Positions 18,683-32,317 of a stretch of DNA of 64,000 bases are shown piece after piece (the stretch's first letter is position 1; each line of letters begins with the position of its first letter). The DNA comes from Schizochytrium sp. TIO01 (taxonomy: Eukaryota > Protista > Bigyra: Labyrinthulomycetes), in assembly GCA_004764695.1 (NCBI GenBank), contig SMSO01000006.1:1379859-1443858 (forward strand), read 5' to 3'. Under the pieces are notes generated by a model, which was not told where the DNA came from, ran no database searches, and was given only the letters and a program-made list of their open reading frames with translations. The position numbers and the translations under genes are program-made.

Positions 18683-21600
18683 TCTGAATTGGACCGATTT
18701 CTCCAGCCAATTTCTTCACCAGCCTTGCAGGATGTATTTGATTTTAGTCCTCTACGTGTTCGCTGCAATCGATAATCACTCGATCAGCAAATCAATCTTG
18801 ATCAGGAAAAACTTTTACGCAAAACCAAAAAAGGTGAGAAAAAAAAGAAACACAGAGGGGTATAATAATAAATCGAGACCAAGACGAAAGGAAAACTAAA
18901 GAAAAGAGGCAGAAAAATCAAAGACGAAAACGAATCGCGAGAATCAGGAATGCTCGTTAAGATCAAGTCAGACGAGGCAGTGAAGAAGCGACAAAGTTCT
19001 TCGCTTGTGCTCTTTCACTCTCTTTCAATCCTTCTCAATTTCCTACTTTTCACCCCTTCAGCTCACTGGTCACTCAAGACTGAGCTATTATGGTGGCAGG
19101 TGTTTAATTCTCTTTTTCTTTTTCTTCCTTTTCCTAGCCTTTTCCCTAGTACTCGCTAATTAATCGAGCGAATCTAAGGATGTCCTTTTTTAATTTATTT
19201 GCCCGTTCGTTCTCGTTTGCTCCTTCCTTCCTTCCTTCCTTCCTCCCTTCGATGCAAACAACACAAAGAGCTCTGTCGACGGAGGGATGTGGCCTGCAGC
19301 TTCAACTGCCGCAGTCTCCCTGATCCACCGATGTTGGCCTGATTAGCAGTTTGTAGTACCTGTCCGTACTCGTGGCGAGCCTATCTATTCTAATAACCAG
19401 GTGAGGTGGGAGAAGGGGTGCACGAGGGGTGCGCGGTTCTTGGCGCAGTCTCAACTGCCTCTACTTTACGGCTGATAAGCTACTTAATATGTGCTGGGCT
19501 GGGTCTCTTGCAGGTTTGCTTTTACCTTTCCGAAAGACTCTCTTTGAGGTTTGCTGAGAGGATCGACCCCAGCCTTCTTGGGCAAAATCGCTGGTACGAT
19601 ATCAGTATGGGATTGAAGTTAGGCACTGATAGGTGCGCGAAGACCAGGAGTCCGAGGGACCACGTTGGAGTCCCGCACGTGCAACTCCAACTGAGCAGGG
19701 AGTCTGGAATAGGGAGATAGCGTGGACCTTCGAAGGTAGAATATAGGGCGCGTGTGCCGTGGACTGCCTCCTCAGTACAGCTTGTACCCCTCTAATTGCT
19801 AACTGCCGAGCGAAATTGTTCACAAAAACGTGTTCAGACGAAATGGAGCAAATATGTCGAAGCGCGAGGTCCTTGCAAGACAGTCCGAAGGGAAGGTAAC
19901 AAAATTATGTCCCTTGTATTTTGCAGCACAGACTGCTTTCAGAATGGAACTAGGTGACGGTTTCAACTGCGAAACCTGGGAGAAAAACAGGGAAAGTACG
20001 ATCGATACCCACGCAGGCGCGCCACTTATCTTTGAGGATGTAGAAAACCCTTTCCGCAAGTAATGCGCTGGTAACGCTTGAAATTGCCTGCTGCGATGCC
20101 AATGTTCTGGGATAGAAGTCGATGAACGATGTCTAAAAATCTGGACAAAAACGTCCTGATCTTCACTTTCTTGCTGCCCTGTGTTGTCCGTAGAACCTTA
20201 TCTTTCACAGCAAAACCCAAATCTAAATAAAATAAATCTTCTCAAAGCCTGATGATCTCTGATTTAATTACTGCACCCGGCAGCAGCGGCGGCGTCCTTG
20301 CAGGGGGGAAGCCTCCTCGTAGAGATGGCAAATGGTCAAATTAACAAAAAAAAATAAAGGAGACTTTAAGAAGGCACTTTCGTGTAGTCGGCCGTCTCGA
20401 TGCCTGATGCCTGTGTTGGCCTCTGCCAGCGTTTTTCTGCCTTCAGTGGTCGGCGATCCTTCTCCACGCCTCCCTGTGCGTCCCACGCGGTTGCTTCAGG
20501 GTCTGTCCAAGCAAGGCGGGCTTCGCGAGCCCAGTTTTTCGAGGGATCGCTTGCTGGCGATCTAAAGAGCGCCTCTCTTTAAGGCGCGACTTTAGTCTAT
20601 TTAAACTAATCTGCGGTCGCGTGTCGCGAGTTTTTCGCAAGCTCTGGCGAGCCCGGGTGCCGCCGGCGCCTTGCGGGTGGGCCTGGCAGGTTCCCAGCCT
20701 CACCTCCGACCGCTTCTGTCGCGCTCCAGGGCCTTCCTGGCGCGCCTCGCGCGGCCCGTGATGCTGCTGCTGCTGATGGTTCTTTAGAGATTGATTCTGC
20801 TGCTTGACTGACTGACGCTCCATACTCCTCTTCTGCCATTCTCTACAGTATACGCAAGTCAACTATACATTCCCTGCAAGTGCTTTATACGCCCGCTTAC
20901 TATACAACAAACCCTCCCAAGTGGGCTATCCGCGCCCGCTCCCACTGCTACCTTTTACGCTAGGCCCGAAGTAGGACTCCGCCCGGCGCAAAGCGCGAGA
21001 GGAAGCGCCCAGGAACCTGTCGCCTCCTCTCGCAGGCCGCCGAGAGGCCGCAAATACCTGCGGGAAGACGCCCCTCTCAGCCGCTCCCTCGCCTCCAGCA
21101 GCCTCCGCCGCCTCCTTCCGCGCGCCTCCCTCGCCGGCGGCGGCCTTTCGTGCCTCGTTCTCGCAGGAGGGAGGGAGTCCCATCATGGCGCCTCTTCGCC
21201 CTATTTACCCTCTTCCTTAGGAGTCCCTACGCCCTCTCTAGGAGCCTCCGGGCCGCGCTAGCGACGCACCTACCGTAAACTATAGGCCCCCGCGGGAAGA
21301 GAGGAACCAAGATGGAGAGTCGATCGTCGCGGAGAAACTAAAACACCCGAAGAAACCTTGCGCGCCAGGGTTGATACGGGTATAAGCAGGGGGACAGCCG
21401 GGCGGGGCAACACAGCGCGGGGGGAAGTTTTGCCGTGAAGGGACACATGGGGTCGATACGCGCAGGTCCCGTTACGGCCGGATACATGGAGGCGGCCTGG
21501 TAGACTGCGCAACCCGCGCGGTGCGGACATTAACAGAATCAGGACGTAAGAGTGGTAGCAGGTATGGATCCTGGCGCGGGGTCTTGTGAGAGGGGAGGGA

Positions 21601-21837
21601 GGCAGAGGGGAATAAGCAGAGAGGGAGGAAAACAGCGTTTGTGGAGCTGTCTCTTCTGTAATGTGTGTGTATATGTATGTGTGTGTGAAGGGAGGAAAAA
21701 GGAGTTCTGGCGCCATTACATAATCCTCTCTTTCGCTGCTGCTTGGGATCCCGAGCTCCTTTGGACGCAGGCCGTAGAGATCCGTGTGGACTGCGCTGTC
21801 GGCGGAGGGAACGAGGTCCTTCGAAATGGATGGCCTC

Positions 21838-21901
21838 AACGAAACGAAATGAAACGAAATGAAACGAAATGAAATGAAATGAAATGAAATGAAATGAAAC
21901 A
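21838..21901. repeat. (GAAAC/GAAAT)n pentamer microsatellite
   Basis: Directly visible. Confidence 0.95.
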
Positions 21902-23256
21902 AAGCACAGCAAAACACAGGAGGGCGTCAGTCGCCTTTGATCCCACAGAACTGTAAGCTACAATCAACTTTGCGTATCTGAGCAGTGAGTGGCATTGCTA
22001 TGAGGGAGTGAATGGCATCGTGGCAGTGTCAGCAGTCTCTACGCATTGCCGAAGGTGAACGAGTGAGTGAGTGAGTGAGTGAATGAAGTGGATGGATGGA
22101 TGAATGTAACAGTGGATGCCAAAGAGGGCATCGAAGAGTGAACGGTCAAATTGCAAATTGATTCTTGATTCTTTGAATCCAGTATGCACATGCACACTCC
22201 GAGGTCTACACTCGAAGGCGCAACCGTTGAGGGAGTCGAATGAATGGCGGGAAGGGGGGGAACTTGGCTTCACCCGAATCACCTGTGCACTAGTCGGGCT
22301 TAGAGAAATACTTGGAGTCCAAGTTGGCGGGCCTTGGTTAGGGAGGAGGGGAAACAGAGCAGATGCTGCACTACGACACTCTATCCACATTGAAACACAA
22401 AACTAGGGAATCCAGAGCTAGGGAATCCAGAACTAGGTCCTGCGCTGTGCCTACTGAGATGAGAGATCGGATGCTATTGAGAACGCCATGGGCCACTGAT
22501 ATATAATTACTGGAGTTTTTACCCAAGAGAGGCATTGATAGGAGCACCTCTGACGAGTGCGAGAGCCCACGGACTGTTCCAACCAACATCAATGAAATAT
22601 ATCAGTGAAGCAGGATAAGTACTGCGGTTGTGCACATAAATGAAGCATAAGCTAGTAGTAGTGATTTTTGTTTATACTGTATAGGACAACATGCACTATG
22701 ATCCGTCCTCCTAGGTGGACAGTCAGTCTATTGGTCGTTGGTAGTTATTATTCGAATATCAGGTTTATATGCGTGATAAATCCTGCTGCGCAAATCCTAG
22801 CCAGCTCTAAAGATGAGCTTCCCGCTTAGTTTTATCGCCTACAGGAATGTAAAGTTCTCTAGCCTATCTTCCGATGTAAGAGGTTAGTTTAACAACGAGG
22901 AAAGTCAAGGATTCAACCGTCTGGATTATGGATTGTCATGATGCTTATTGCTTTTACACCAACCAACAAAAACAAAGACAAGAGAAATCAAAAAGATCTT
23001 CATAGGTGGGAATAGAAAAAATAAACGAAGTTCAACGCGGGGGTTCTAATCATTTTGACATAAGTTGTAGAGTTTCAAAATCGGGTTTATTGTTTCATCT
23101 TGCAAAGAGTGTAATGCATATACTAGTATTCTATTGCTAAAAAGATTCAGCCCGTATCATTTTGTTTTGTGTGATCAAGATGGGAAATAAAACGCGTAGT
23201 GGTTTATTATTGCTAATAGAATTTAGCGAAGAATAAGAGAAGAATGACTTGAAAAT

Positions 23257-23560
23257 AGAGCTGGCAGTAGTTTCTTCTATTTAAAAAAAAAAAAATAATT
23301 GAAATTAAAGAGGGTTCTAAACTCTGCATGCATGCTTTTGTTATTTATATCTTATTGTCAGTTTCGGGGAGAAGGACAATCAGAGGAAGTGTTCGATTAA
23401 ATCCTTCTACTTCTTGTAACATAAAGAGCTTGCAGCAGTTTCTTCTATTAAAAAATAATAATAAATAAAAATTAAAGAGGGTTCTAAACTCTGTATGCAT
23501 GCTTTTGCTATTTGAATTTTATTGTCAGTTCGGGGGAGAAGGAAACTCACAGGGAGTGTT
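23257..23560. repeat. Imperfect tandem duplication, two copies, period ~168 bp
   Basis: Copies start at 23257 and 23425. They share GCAG-AGTTTCTTCTATT, AAATTAAAGAGGGTTCTAAACTCTG-ATGCATGCTTTTG-TATT and TTATTGTCAGTT-GGGGAGAAGGA in the same order. Confidence 0.9.
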
Positions 23561-26500
23561 AGAGTTATCTACTTTATTGTATTAAGCGAAAAGGTTCAGT
23601 ATTTCGAAACATGTCACAAAATGGGGAGAGTGATCTCTCATTTGCATGAAAGCGAGCGTAAAGAGTTTGCGACGAACAAAAATCTTCGAATAGCCACAAT
23701 TCGTGCGTCACTACACAATGCACGTATAAGGTTGTCTTTGAGCAACTAGTAAGAAGAATCAATATGAATAGTTTGTTCAACCCTATTTTGGACCTACAAG
23801 ATAATCAGATACCTAAAATACTGTTGCCGTTTGGGACGCTGTTGTCATTCCAACCATACCGGTAGAAAATATTTAATTTATTTATAATCTGGTTGCAAGT
23901 TGGAACATCTACGTGTAACCTGCAGTTCGGTTCTATAAAGTTTGTTGCGAGGAGGGCACAAAATGCTATTGAATGAAATATCAGAACGAACTTGAACTAG
24001 TTTGTTACAAAATCTTAAGTTTTGTAAAATTGACCAAATGTCCTTGTCTCGGTTGTCGTGAGATCATCTGATTTGGCTATTGTGCACAACACAAGTTCAT
24101 CACGGAAAACATCTTTAGCGAGAAAGCCATCAAGGTGAAGGTCCGCCCTGGCGTTTGGTTTTGCCTCGTTGGTATCCATCGAGCTTGAATCGTCCAGCCC
24201 AAAAGAGAGTGGCGCTGAGCGCTAAGTTGTCCTCGAAGAGGAAATGGTGGTTAGTTCTGTCAGTTCTGTCATATTCTACCCGTCTTCGTACACTGACCCC
24301 ATAAAGATATGTAACTCTGATACTAGTATACCATCTCTGTTTCCGGTACATCAGTGCGTTACGTTTCAGACCGCTTCACACTACTATAGGGTATATATAT
24401 CCAAAACTGTAGTAGTATATCGTTTTAAAAAGAGAAACAAACTCACACCAGAAAGAGCCACCGCGGACCCGATTCGACGCAAATCATTCCTGTAGGGGCA
24501 CTGAAAAGAGCAAAGTTACGAGATCATTTCTCGACTTTCGACATTGCGTGCTGTTGGGTTAAAGGTGATGGGATCTTTTCTGTTTTCGACATTGCTCCCA
24601 TCCCCGGCACTTGTAGATGGTGCGAGCTACAACAACTAGTTCGGCGTGAGCAACGTCATCTATTTGCCTATGTACCCTAAGTAGAATCCTAAGTAGAATC
24701 CGTGCAAAAGATAAATACTGGTACTTGAGTTTTTCACACTATTAATTCAGGCTAGCATATGTAGTTTGGATTCGAGCTGACTTCGTGTAAATAATACTGT
24801 CTTTGAGAAAGACCTCAGGTTTCGAGCTGAGCATTTAGAATTTTATTGTTACTTTTAAAATATAATCAATAAATGATATGGATAAGTTCATTCCAAACCA
24901 GAACAAAGCATGCGAGAGCTTGCATAGGCCTCCTCCATAGTATATAATCACTCACCGCAAGACTTCTGTTAGTATCAGAAAGTAGAGGTATTAAACATTT
25001 GCAGTTGGCAAGCGTTGGGGAGCCCCTCTATTTTGATAGGTTCTTCCGACGTCGGCAGCCCTAGTGAGTAGCCTATCAAAGATTATCTTGCTGGAATTGA
25101 TACAGAACCATGAACTGACGTTGATCATCCTGTGCGTCAGTCATTAGAGTGAGCTCTATCATTATAGAACTGACCCACGGCTCTCGATAGCAATTCTGCA
25201 GGATTAACTGGGGATGGACATCGACGTTCTAAGACTGCACCGTGTACAAGAACAACGTTTGCTTTAGGAATGTTATGATAGATGAAGATCATATATATAT
25301 ATATATATGTATAAACTTATGAACTTGAGATCTTGGCAATGTCTCAACCTATTTGTGGCACTTCCTTTCGAATGCTAAATTACAACATGTGAGTAAGAGT
25401 CTCTACTCTCTGGACACTATGCCAGATCATTGAAGGTTATCGTGACATTTCCTGAAACTCTGACTCTGGATTCATTGTATCCAACGATCAGCTAATAATG
25501 TTGAAATAACAATCTATATCTTTTCGCGTGATTTATCGTTATATGTAGTCTAATATAGTCCAACATGTACTAGATCACCAACCCCAAGCCCGATTAAGGC
25601 TAGTTCGGACACTCAGGAAAGACAAAAAGAAGACAATCGAATAGCTCCTGAATTTGGACACCGGCTTGTCTACATACATTGGTCAGTTCGCCTGAAATCC
25701 ACTTTCTGAGTTCAACAACAACAACAACACTTTTGCCTTTCTCTTTTCTCTTTCAGCTGTAGTAAATGACTCTCTTAATTATTTACTTTTAATTATTTTT
25801 AATTATAATCATTTTTTTCTTTTTTAATTAAAGAATCGAAAAAGAAAAAGAAAATAGATCAACTGGTAAAAAGGAAAAAAAAAGAAAAAAGAGAAAAAAA
25901 AAAAATCTTACTGATACAAGCGTGTCGGTCATCAAGTCAGCGCAATTCAGTAAATCGACCGCAGTGTGACATGGTGCTTGCAATTGAGCGCACACCTTTT
26001 TGGATATCCTCCATGAGTTCAAGTTCAAGTTCAATAAAGTTTGAGTCAAAGTCTAAGCGAATTGATTGTTACAAGAGCACGAACCTTGGAGCTATATCAC
26101 CCATTGTTTACGAGTTGTTTTCTGCAAAACGTCATGATATTGTAGAGCGATACTTTATGAAAAGGTGCGAGGTCCTTTGTCAATCGTTCAATACTCAGAC
26201 GCGGATCTCGTCAATCACTCTCACTGTTACTGTTAGACTTGTATTCTCAACCCGCGTTGTTGACGAGATGAGTGAGTTTGTGAAGATCCACGTTTCGTCT
26301 GTTCTGAATCCCGGTAGTCCTTCGCCATGATCCTGGATAGCCGTTTCCGCCGCAGCCGCAAAGGTGCCGCATGAGTTGAGCTTGGGAGCCTTTCCACCCC
26401 CTCGCCCTTTGCTCCGCAACAAAGTAGGAACTCGACGCTTAAAAGAAACTAAAATCAAAAATTAAAGTACTAGTAGTGAAGATATAAGTTGGTGCTGCGC

Positions 26501-29003
26501 ACACCCCATCAAACATCATGCCTGCACTTCGCAGGTGATGTCTTAACTTGAAGTAATGCTGGTAGAGCTCTTCGTGGTACGGCTCTGCGGCCTCCATTGC
26601 AATCTCGGCGCTGTTCAAGGAGCCGAGTCACCTCATTCAATCGTCGCAGATATTGCCTAGGTCGCACCTTTCTGAGATTGTGCGCTGAACGTTTAGCCGC
26701 ACGTTTACGTGCGCACTTGCCTTACTCCTATAGCACTACTCCAGAAAACCCGTAGCCTTGCCGTTGCATTGCTAACCAAGTTGAATACCTTCTGTCTGTC
26801 AAGTTTTGCTTGTCGTTGGAGTTTCTAACGTCTTCTGGGTGTTTCCCGATTGGTTTACGTCGATCACCGTCTTTGCGCAGGCAGAGTTGCGCATCCACCA
26901 GCCAGCCTACAATTAGCCTTGTCCCGGACTCGGATCGAGCATTCTCCGTGGATCTTTCCAAAGATTGATCACAAAGCCGGAAGCGACGGCTGCTCACAAT
27001 GAAGCGCTGCTAGCTTGTAGTTTCAAGTACCTACCTACTTCACAGTACCACCAAGGTGTCGGAGTTCTGCGGAGTCTCCTTTCGATCACTCTTTTCGTTC
27101 CAGTCGATCCGGCACCATTAACAGAAGGAGCTGAAGATCGAGTTAGCGGACTCCACCTCGAGTCAGGAAGGGCTGCGAGCTTGGTACGACGGCTAGCTTT
27201 TGCCTTCTCCTCCTCCTCTTCGTCCTCTTCGGGCTTTCAGGCGGTTCCAACAGGTCAGGTGGGCCCGTGCCCTCGCGCTGAACGTTTTGCCGCGCCTCTT
27301 TGGCCACCATAAAGGTGCCTCTTCGATCCCTCAAGTCACTCAGGTGAGACGTGCCGGCGATCTTGCCGGCAATCTAGCAGCAGCACCTGCCTCCTACTGC
27401 CCAGGCCCAGCACAGAGAGCAGCCAGGAAGATAGACGGCCCTTGGAGGTGGGTATCGTGTCAACAGGCTTCGTGCTTGCGAGGTATCTTAAGGCCAGCGA
27501 CCCCCGTCGACTTTGAACAGGCGATGGAAGACCATCGAGCTCAATCAAGATAGTGGGAAGCTGCGCCATGGTCCGGATTCGGAAAGCGCGGAGATCGCGA
27601 TTGGGTGCGACTTTCCATCTTGAGTTGATCAACTCTCGTTCCCAAATTGAGAATGCTGGGAACAAATACATGCTGAATCTGCCTCGTCTTGCTCTGGCTG
27701 GCAAAGACGGTCCAAGGCTTCGCTTGTCCTTTGGTTACCTTCATAGCTCGGGTCCTTGCTTTTATGTATCTCTGGTTTGTCTCTATCTGGCTGAAGATCT
27801 TCAGTGAATCAACCAAGTTCCACCGGGAGACGGGGCAATTTGAGTGTTGTTTCTAGAGCTCTGCGCTGCACCTCCCGGCGACTGCAAAGAAGCCTGTGTT
27901 TGCAAACTCGAAGTCAGCATCCCGAAGATTGCACGATCTTTTCATCGCAGAAGGTTGAATCGACTCTTCGAGCGCCCTTTATTGTTACCAACACGGGAGG
28001 AAAAGCAGAGACAAAACCTTTTATCTTATCTTCCTTCTCGTCTTATTATTTGGGTGGTTATATGATTGAGGATGATATTATACGTTTTCGCTAAAATAGT
28101 TCGAACAGAAAAACTTTTGAGTGCTAAGAATTTTTTTCTTTCTTTTAATGCTGCTTCTATATGTAACCTGTTTTCGCTACTTCCACTACCCTTGATGACT
28201 TTCAAGTTGTGTAATTCTGTCGATTACCTCTGCAGTATCCGCTAGTCAGCACGCACTAATCGTCCTCAGCACTTCAATTAAAGCATTCCTCGTTTCTTGT
28301 GAGAACTTTGACTTTGATCGATCGAGTTTGGGTTGTGCTTTCTTCTTGTAAAATAACAAGACGAGGGTGAAAAAGAAGTGTTTTTACTAAAAAGCTGTTC
28401 CCAGACTTGAGATCGTGCTGATATGTGAAATAACGGCAGATGGCACAGGGCAGAGCAAGATGGGAAAGGCTGCGAGTTGCAACGAACCCCTTTCTCAAGG
28501 TGGTTCTTTGATTAGACACAGTTTAGTGAGCGTCAAGCACGGAGATGCTGCGATTCAGAACGGCTGCTGGTCCTCCAGGATGTTCATTGTCCACTGCTCG
28601 CATACTGGTGTTAAGTGCTGCCGAAAGATCTCCCGTTCACTGCTCAAGGTCGAACCTTGATCGAGGCAGACATTTTTTAAAATTAAAAATAACTTTAACC
28701 ATTGACCATTTTAAAACTTTTTCTTTTTTTTAATAAATAAAAAGAACAGCACATCCAGAAGGTAGCGATATGAATGAACATCTTCCTTCCTAGCAGGTAA
28801 GGTATCTATTTACCTTGCTAGCGGTATTGTTCCAAGTGTTCCAGCAAACTTTTTAGGTTTCTTTTAAAGTGGTTCTCGCTGGTTCTTTGTATGCAGAAGC
28901 TAGTGCCGACTCTTTTCAGGTTCAGCAGACAAGGACGACGCGAACTTCGTTTTGGGCATGTTTCATAAATTCTTGAACCACTTACTGAGATATAGTTTGT
29001 ATC

Positions 29004-29004
29004 G

Positions 29005-29054
<50 letters not shown>

Positions 29055-29055
29055 C
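29004..29055. repeat. (GATT)n microsatellite
   Basis: Directly visible. Confidence 0.95.
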
Positions 29056-30294
29056 ACGAATGCATTCGTTGATTCATTTGCGAGAGCTCTCTAGGCTCTT
29101 CGGACGGACAGTCTGCTGGCAAAGTCTGCGACCGACGTGGAAAGACGACCTCTCTTCGTTCTGCTCAGCAGCAGGCAAGGGCCTCAGCGCCGAGAGGGTC
29201 CCATCCTTCTGAACCGAAGTAAGCAATCTTAACTCAGTCCAAGTTGGGAATCAGCACAAAACACATGAAAACGTACACGAACTCGTGTGCATATACATAT
29301 TTACATTCATACATACATACATACGTACGTACACATACACAGACGTTTGATGAGATATGTGCGACGAGTGAAACCTCTGCGGCGCATTGCATTTGTAACT
29401 TAGACCTGAGATTGATCTATGTATCTTCCAGTCAGTCAGTCACTCAGACTGAATGAATGAATGAGTGAAGGAATGAATGAGTGAAGGAATGAAAGAATGA
29501 ATGCTGGAAGTTCATGTATATCTATTGCAGAGATTTGTCGATGAAGATTTCAGATCGGAGCTCCGAGACCAGCTCGAAGAAAGAGACCGCACAGAGACAC
29601 AGACTGCAATCGTACGTACCAGCTGCAGAGGTTCTTCCTTCGCGAGATCCTGCAGGGCGTCGCTCGAATTTGTGGAGACGAGGGTTGCTGGCGCTCTGTT
29701 GGCGCACATGGCCGTGGCAATGGCCCATCAACAAAGAGTAATTACAGAGCGCATTTCATCAGCTTTGCATGACATATGCACTCCAACTTAATTACTCTTC
29801 CTTGAAAGACCCCGCTTCTTATTATTCGTAGTCTTCTCTTCATTCTGGTTCTTTCCTTCTCTGCTCTGGTAGGTAAAATTTAAAAAATAAAATAATAAAA
29901 TATAATATAATCAAAAAACTGAATTGAAAGCTTCTTTCGTTATGAGAGTAGATACAGCGATAGCAGCAACCTCATTCAACAATACTTTTTTTAAAAACCT
30001 TTTTTAAAACTTTTCTTCCTTTCCTTTCCTCTCTGAGCAGTGAGAACGAAAGAGAGCGCCTCCATCATGAGAGACCAATCGGTCAACTGCGCGCTCTTTG
30101 CTTCAACTGCCGTCTTGTTGCAAGGCCGATTCGGCTGCGCGCTTGGAGATGGCTTATTTGCATTTGCATTTGCACTTGCACTTGCATTTGCCACTAACAT
30201 TGCATGCATTACGCATTCATCCATCCAGATCTTGAAGAGGCTTCTTTCTCCTCCACGGCCGAATAAGGAGCCGGACTGCGAAGAAAGCACAAAG

Positions 30295-30297
<3 letters not shown>

Positions 30298-30325
<28 letters not shown>
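30298..30325. repeat. (AG)n microsatellite
   Basis: Directly visible. Confidence 0.95.
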
Positions 30326-32317
30326 TTCCAAATCACGGTGGTGGTCGATGCGAATTCCGCACATAAGGTAGATAGATAGATACCTTCTTTGTGAAGGTTG
30401 GTTCTTGCGATTTTTATGGTATATCACAGGCAAATGAACAGAATAGAGCATAACAACAACAAGTTAAAGGTTGAAGTACCTGTTAGCAGTTAGGTGGGTA
30501 ACGTGAGAAGAAAGCTTTCATGTCAGGCGCCAATGAGAAGTTAGTTGGTTGAAACGAGTCGGGCGGAGTTAATAAAGAAATGAGAAACGAAGAAATGAAT
30601 CTAAGAGGCTGAAAACAAGGAGGCTCCAGCTGGTTTGGGGAGTTTCATGCGAAGACTTCCTGACCGGTGGACGTTCAGCGCCGAGTGACTGCAGAAATCG
30701 AAGTCGAACACGCTCAGAAAAGGTCTCTCACCATCTCTCACACTCTCCTCCTGCATTCTCCTGCACTTCACTTCTTTCCGAATTCAAGTGCCCTCCAAAT
30801 TCAAGTGTCCAGAGGGCTGAGATTGATTAGCGATCAATCAATCGATCAGTCGATCAATTATTGAGTCAATCAATGAATCAATCCTCTGTAGCTAGTTCAT
30901 TTGAGTTAGTGAGTCTTGCTTCCTTGCTGATAGATAGATAGCAGCTCGCTCTAGGTGCCGCAAACAGTTGCTCTGCTCGAAAGGAGCGAGCGATGGCAGC
31001 AATACGTGCCAGAAGTAGTTTGCCAGCGATCTCTCGTGAAACGTGAAGCATCTGCATTACATAACTTGTCCTTTGTTCGTTTTCAACATGGGCCTCATAT
31101 TTATTGATATCAATCTATCTCTATATATTTATTCTTATTTCTATTTTTAAACATTTCTTCAAAAAAAATGTTATTCTTTAAAGATTGATTTTAAAATATT
31201 ATTTCCATTCGTGTTTTATTTTATTTTCTCAACATTTAATTTTTGAAAATCTGATAAATGAACGAAAGGCTAGAAAGCACCTACTTCTAACACTACGGGT
31301 CTATCCGACTACTTTGGGTGAAAGTGCGAAGGAATTACGGGAAGACGGACTTGGAAGAAGTTGGGCAATTTGCTGCAACGAGAGATGGAACGTCTGCGAG
31401 AACTGAAGTTCTTCGTTGAGACAGCCGGGCCACTTCAACTTGAGCTCGATCTGCGCTCCCGCAACCTCCACGGCTCACTCGCTCGCGAGGCGTCGTGGCT
31501 GCTCGTTTTCGAGAGTCGCCTTCCTGCCGAGATCTCCCCCTCCAGGTCGGCCGTCTGCCCAAGCCTTCGCCCTCCAAAGGGACAGATCCTCTGCTCGTAC
31601 ATTGTTTCTTCGATTCTCTCATCGCTCTTTTCGTCGGCCGCACTCGCCCTACGGGTACAGTTTACGGTAAGTAAATCCTTACTATGCATGCGCTCCCGCT
31701 TTCTTTTATCAGTTAGTTAACCTCTTACTTACTTGCGGTAGCAATAGTAGATAGGGAATACGGTGAGTAGGCGCTGCTAGGGGGTGTTCTGTTCTCTGGA
31801 CCCTCTACTTGCCAAGAGGAGGGGCAAAGAGGGGGGAAGGCGCGCTGAAAGCGCTGAGTGGAACAGCAGAACGATCTGTCCGCAAAGAGAGAGAAAGAGA
31901 GAGAAAAAGAAGCGAAGAGAAAGCAGAGACGGCTCCTGACTGATTGAGGCGCCTAGGAGTGTCTATGTTGCTGGTAGTAGTACGGCATGGAGCTTTTACG
32001 AAGAAGAAAAGTACTATTTAGAGAAATAATAAAAAGTTTTCTGTTTGGGAGATGTAATTGTGGAGTTCTCTTCTTGTTTGGAAAAAGGCACTGAAAGAGA
32101 TGGAGGAAGAGGAAGTATGGCGATGCTATGGTAAAGAGTAGCGGAGTCGTAGGGACCGTAGGAAGCTGTAATGGAAGGGCGGAAACTCGGAGCGCAACGA
32201 TGAGCAGAATCCAAACTCGAGATCCCAGCGAGCCAAGATATCAAGACAATAAAGTGAATCAAGGGCGAAGCAAAAGTGAAGCAAGGAAGCAAGATAAGCA
32301 AATCGGCATCAAAGAGA

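Noticed and set aside
20443-21917. ORFs of 77-215 aa in a GC-rich block
   Set aside because: Low-complexity or microsatellite-derived translations (e.g. FHFISFHFIS) with no recognisable domain.
26100-28660. Short protein-like fragments suggesting a pseudogene
   Set aside because: They could not be joined into a consistent frame or assigned to any family by eye.
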